A model generated the notes under the pieces. It was not told where the DNA came from. It did no database searches and worked only from the letters and a program-made list of their open reading frames with translations. From IMG/VR virus record IMGVR_UViG_3300037088_000888: a DNA stretch of 64,000 nt. One strand, written 5' to 3'. Shown here piece after piece: positions 60,623 to 64,000 of the stretch. Numbering within the stretch: position 1 is the first letter of the stretch; every line of letters starts with the position of its first letter. The DNA is from an uncultured virus (IMG/VR IMGVR_UViG_3300037088_000888). Its lineage: Duplodnaviria; Heunggongvirae; Uroviricota; Caudoviricetes. The position numbers and the translations under genes are program-made.

Positions 60623-60809
60623 TACCATTACTGATTGAATTTAAAGATGAAATACCAATAATTTTTGATAATATTATAATATAACAATGGGTTGAATGAT
60701 AGTAACTAAAATATGGTACAATATTATACAAATGTGAACATTTAATAACTTATTTTTAATAATTGTATAGCATTTCAACTCATTGGAGTATTTATAATAA
60801 AATATTTGA

Positions 60810-61409
60810 ATGATTGGAATTAAAGAAGCAGCAAAATTACTTGGAATTACTCCCAAAACATTAAGAATATGGGAGAAGGAAGGTAAAGTTATCAGTCACA
60901 GGACTGAAGGGGGACATAGAAGATATAATGTTTCTGAACTTATTGGTAGTCATGGAGATAAATTATTAACAATTGCATACGCAAGAGTATCAAGCAGTGA
61001 CCAAAAAGAAGATTTAAAAAGACAAGAAATGGTGTTGGAAAATTATTGTGCAAACAAAGGATTTGAATTTGAATTGATTTCTGATTTAGGTTCTGGAATG
61101 AACTACAAGAAAAAAGGACTTGTCAGATTAATAAAATTAATTTGTAGTAATCAAATTGACAGATTAGTAATCACGCATAAAGACAGATTATTGAGATTTG
61201 GAAGTGAATTAATATTTATGCTTTGTGAAATATTTGCTGTTGAGGTTTGTATAATCAATAGAAGTGAAGATAGTACCCTTGAAGAAGACTTAGCCAATGA
61301 TGTATTGGAAATTATAACTGTCTTCAGTGCAAGATTATATGGAAGTAGAAGTCATAAGAATAAACAAATAATACAACAGTTGAAACAAGTAGCCAAAGAA
61401 TTAAAATGA
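60810..61409 (+). CDS. tnpA: IS607 serine recombinase transposase
   Basis: MerR-like HTH, YARVSS, DLGSG, DRLLRFG, FSARLYG. Confidence 0.93.
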   Translation: MIGIKEAAKLLGITPKTLRIWEKEGKVISHRTEGGHRRYNVSELIGSHGDKLLTIAYARVSSSDQKEDLKRQEMVLENYCANKGFEFELISDLGSGMNYKKKGLVRLIKLICSNQIDRLVITHKDRLLRFGSELIFMLCEIFAVEVCIINRSEDSTLEEDLANDVLEIITVFSARLYGSRSHKNKQIIQQLKQVAKELK

Positions 61410-62581
61410 AATCAATTAAAGTAAGATTGGAACTAAATAATAAGCAAATCACACTTGCAAATAAACACGCAGGAGTGACAAGATATGCTTATAATTGGGG
61501 AAAATCTGTTTGTGATTTGGCAATACAAAATGGTGAACACCGACCATCAGCAATTGATTTGCATAAGAAATTTGTTGCAGAAGAAAAAAGCGTTAAACCT
61601 TATTTATATGAAGTTTCTAAATGGTCTTCTCAACAAGGTTTGAGAAATCTGGATGAAGCATATAAAAGAATATTTAAAGTTAAAGGTAGTCGTTTTCCTA
61701 AGTTCAAAAAGAAAGGACAATATGATAGTTTTTACTTGGAAGGTGATATCAAAACAAATAACAATAAAATTAAAGTGCCTAAGTTTGGTTGGTTGAGATG
61801 CTCAGAAATATTACCAGAATGTCAGATTAAAAATGTGGTTATTAGTAAAACGGCTAATCAATGGTTCATTGCTTTTAAAATACCTTTTGAACCAGAAATA
61901 ATTAATAAAACAAATGGTATTGTCGGTATTGATTTAGGTATTAAAACATTAGCAACATTATCAGATAGTAAAATATTTGAAGCAGTTAAACCATATAAAA
62001 AGAACAAGAGAAAATTAAAAATATTACAAAGAAAATTAAGTAAGAAACAGAAAGGTAGCCAAAACAGAAAAAAAGCAGTATTGAAAGTTGCAAAATTGCA
62101 TTATAAAATTAGTTGTATTCGTAAAGATACCACACATAAATTGACAACATATTTAAGTAAAAACCACACTGAATGTGTAATTGAAGACCTTTGTGTTCGT
62201 GGTATGAGTAAAAATCACAAACTTGCATCAGCCATATTGGATGGTGGATTTTCAGAGTTCAGAAGACAATTGGAATATAAATGCCAATGGTATGGTAGTA
62301 TTTTGACCATTGTTGATAGATTCTATCCGAGCAGTAAGACATGTTCAAATTGTGGTAATATTAAAAAAGAACTGAAACTATCTGAGAGAACTTATGTTTG
62401 TGAGAATTGCGGTCTGGTAATTGACAGAGATTTAAATGCTGCAATTAATTTAAGAAATAAGTCGGCAAGTTATGCCGAATCAGCCTGTGGAGTGCCTAAA
62501 CAATTAAACTCTTTTGAGTTTAATGGTGCAATGAATCAGGAAGTAAACAGCAATGTTCAACATTGTGTAAGTTTTATATAA
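61406..62581 (+). CDS. tnpB: TnpB RNA-guided endonuclease
   Basis: GIDLG, IEDL, DRDLNAA (RuvC D-E-D intact); CSNC/CENC zinc finger. Confidence 0.93.
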   Translation: MKSIKVRLELNNKQITLANKHAGVTRYAYNWGKSVCDLAIQNGEHRPSAIDLHKKFVAEEKSVKPYLYEVSKWSSQQGLRNLDEAYKRIFKVKGSRFPKFKKKGQYDSFYLEGDIKTNNNKIKVPKFGWLRCSEILPECQIKNVVISKTANQWFIAFKIPFEPEIINKTNGIVGIDLGIKTLATLSDSKIFEAVKPYKKNKRKLKILQRKLSKKQKGSQNRKKAVLKVAKLHYKISCIRKDTTHKLTTYLSKNHTECVIEDLCVRGMSKNHKLASAILDGGFSEFRRQLEYKCQWYGSILTIVDRFYPSSKTCSNCGNIKKELKLSERTYVCENCGLVIDRDLNAAINLRNKSASYAESACGVPKQLNSFEFNGAMNQEVNSNVQHCVSFI

Positions 62582-62860
62582 CGGAAATATCAATTTTCAT
62601 TTGATATTCCAATCGATTCAGATTTATTATTGGCTATCAAACTTGCTATAGAAAAACGTGATAGAACATTTGATGATTTGGCTACATGTATAAAAACAGG
62701 TGGAATGCTTAAAGAAAATAGAAACGAAATGATTGTTAAACTGGATACTATTTTAGAGCAGAATGAAAGTATTAAATTAATGGAAGATGCTCTGGTTGCA
62801 GTAAGAACATATAAACTTGAATTGAAAAATAATGAAGAAAATAAAAAATAATTACGTTGA

Positions 62861-63115
62861 ATGATAATACTATACATATTGCTTATATTATTAGCATTAG
62901 CCGTTCTCTTTCTTTCTCTTGCAATATATTATTTTTTAAAAAAGGGAGTATTTATTTCTGATAAGGAAAAAGAATTTATTGTATTTGTTATTGATATATT
63001 TGAGCAATATGGTGATGATCTTGGTATTCAATCAAAAGAACAACAGAAAAAATTGGTTGATGAACTTGAAAAGATAAAAAATAAATATTTTAAAATAAAA
63101 AAGGAGTCTAATTGA
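62861..63115 (+). CDS. Small membrane-anchored protein
   Basis: N-terminal hydrophobic helix. Confidence 0.55.
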   Translation: MIILYILLILLALAVLFLSLAIYYFLKKGVFISDKEKEFIVFVIDIFEQYGDDLGIQSKEQQKKLVDELEKIKNKYFKIKKESN

Positions 63116-63123
63116 CTCCTTTA
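63099..63123. terminator. Bidirectional intrinsic terminator
   Basis: AAAAGGAGTC-taatt-GACTCCTTTT between convergent genes. Confidence 0.75.
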
Positions 63124-63147
63124 TTATTATTTATTATAGTTTCATTG

Positions 63148-63399
63148 TTAAATCGGAGTATTTCCAACATAAAAATCTTTACTTTGATCATAAGAACCTA
63201 CTGTATCTCCTGAAGTAACAAAATCTGCATCAAGTGCAATCTTTTTTTGATTTGCTACATTCAGTGCATCTATTGCTGCAAGTTCAGTATCAAAATCTGT
63301 TTGTGCCTGTACAGGATTAGTTTCAAAATCAGCAATTTTTCCCGAATAAATACCTGTTCTAAGAAAAAATCTATCTGTTATTATTGTTAATGCTTTCAT
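63148..63399 (-). CDS. Hypothetical protein
   Basis: 83 aa; shares LRTGI...FDxExAAI with the upstream gene's C-terminus. Confidence 0.5.
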   Translation of the reverse strand: MKALTIITDRFFLRTGIYSGKIADFETNPVQAQTDFDTELAAIDALNVANQKKIALDADFVTSGDTVGSYDQSKDFYVGNTPI

Positions 63400-63407
63400 A
63401 ATTATAA

Positions 63408-64000
63408 TTATAAACCCATTGCTGTTAATTCTTCAGGTGTATATGTTACTGCAAGATAAACAGTATGAGCAATTGCAGCAAATTCAGCATCAAATGCTGA
63501 TATATCACCAATACCTGTTCTTAAATATAAATCGTAACCAGTTGTTGACACTTCTGTTGTCATTGCAAGAAATTTTATTTGATCTCCATAAGAAGTTCCG
63601 TCAGAATTTGTAACATAAGCACGTGCATAATATGTAGCATTTTTTGTTAATCCAGTTAATGTACTTATAAAAATACCCGTAGTACCTGTTTGAATAGTTT
63701 TACTATTTCCAGTTGTTGGATTAGAAGATGTACCCCAAACAACACCACGATGAACTATTGAAGCACCTACTGTAACATTACCACCACCACTTGCATTTAT
63801 TTCTGTTATTTTTGTTATTGGTGTTGTAATAATTGTTGCTAATGCTGGTAATGTTGTAAATGTTACTTGATTTCCATAAGCAGTTCCCACACTATTGGTT
63901 GCATAAGCACGAACATAATATAAAGTATTTAATGCTAATCCTGTTAATGAACTTGTAAATATTCCACTTCCTGTACCGTTTGTTGTTTTACTATTACTTA
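63408..64000 (-). CDS. Fibronectin type III-like repeat protein; 5' end outside the window
   Basis: Frame is open to the window edge; two repeats of TGL..N..YY.RAY.TNS.GT.YG. Confidence 0.7.
   Translation of the reverse strand, partial: SNSKTTNGTGSGIFTSSLTGLALNTLYYVRAYATNSVGTAYGNQVTFTTLPALATIITTPITKITEINASGGGNVTVGASIVHRGVVWGTSSNPTTGNSKTIQTGTTGIFISTLTGLTKNATYYARAYVTNSDGTSYGDQIKFLAMTTEVSTTGYDLYLRTGIGDISAFDAEFAAIAHTVYLAVTYTPEELTAMGL

Larger units (their letters stand above)
60717..62584 (+). mobile_element. IS607-family insertion sequence
   Basis: tnpA + tnpB bounded by GG at 60715-16 and 62583-84; related end sequences (TACAAATGTGAACATT vs reverse complement TACACAATGTTGAACATT). Confidence 0.88.
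60696..62851 (+). pseudogene. 95-aa gene interrupted after codon 7 by IS607 (parts 60696-60716 and 62585-62851)
   Basis: Joining at the GG gives in-frame MIVTKIW+KYQFSFDIPIDSDLLLAIKLAIEK... Confidence 0.7.

Noticed and set aside
60717..62584. IStron (group I intron-IS607 hybrid)
   Set aside because: Only 93 nt separate the left end from tnpA, too short for a group I ribozyme core.
1255..63613. Many 60-100 aa ORFs antisense to or nested in larger genes (e.g. 3886-4197, 27115-27393, 40758-41030, 62590-62877)
   Set aside because: They are shadows of well-supported genes and show no motifs.
1..64000. Stop-codon reassignment as in some large phages
   Set aside because: The standard code gives full-length, tightly packed genes ending in TAA, TAG and TGA.
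1..64000. tRNA or rRNA genes
   Set aside because: No cloverleaf or rRNA-like segment recognised by eye; tRNAscan-SE/Infernal would be needed to exclude them.

Overview
Very AT-rich, gene-dense 64 kb segment of a large contractile-tailed (myovirus/jumbo-like) phage genome. The host is most likely Bacteroidota: TTG-N19/20-TAnnTTTG promoters and A-rich translation starts without obvious Shine-Dalgarno sites. Bases 1-22.2 kb are one minus-strand cluster of about 30 sugar-nucleotide synthesis, glycosyltransferase and methyltransferase genes (ADP-heptose enzymes, WecB, Fcl, several epimerases) with an embedded RuBisCO-like protein. Bases 22.2-64 kb hold tail and baseplate genes (tape measure, chaperone with a -1 frameshift signal, spike, tube, sheath, neck, fibres), a sigma-like factor, two more glycosyltransferases, four free-standing endonuclease genes and an intact IS607 that interrupts a small gene. 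Best leads: (i) a possible virion-glycosylation system, pairing the cluster with a recurrent [S/T]G-x-[T/S] motif in structural proteins; (ii) a phage RuBisCO-like enzyme in a sugar pathway; (iii) two orphan, structured copies of a tnpB 3' end/omegaRNA-like element, one abutting a baseplate start codon; (iv) a GTATTTAT candidate late-promoter motif. All protein calls come from motif recognition by eye; no searches were run.
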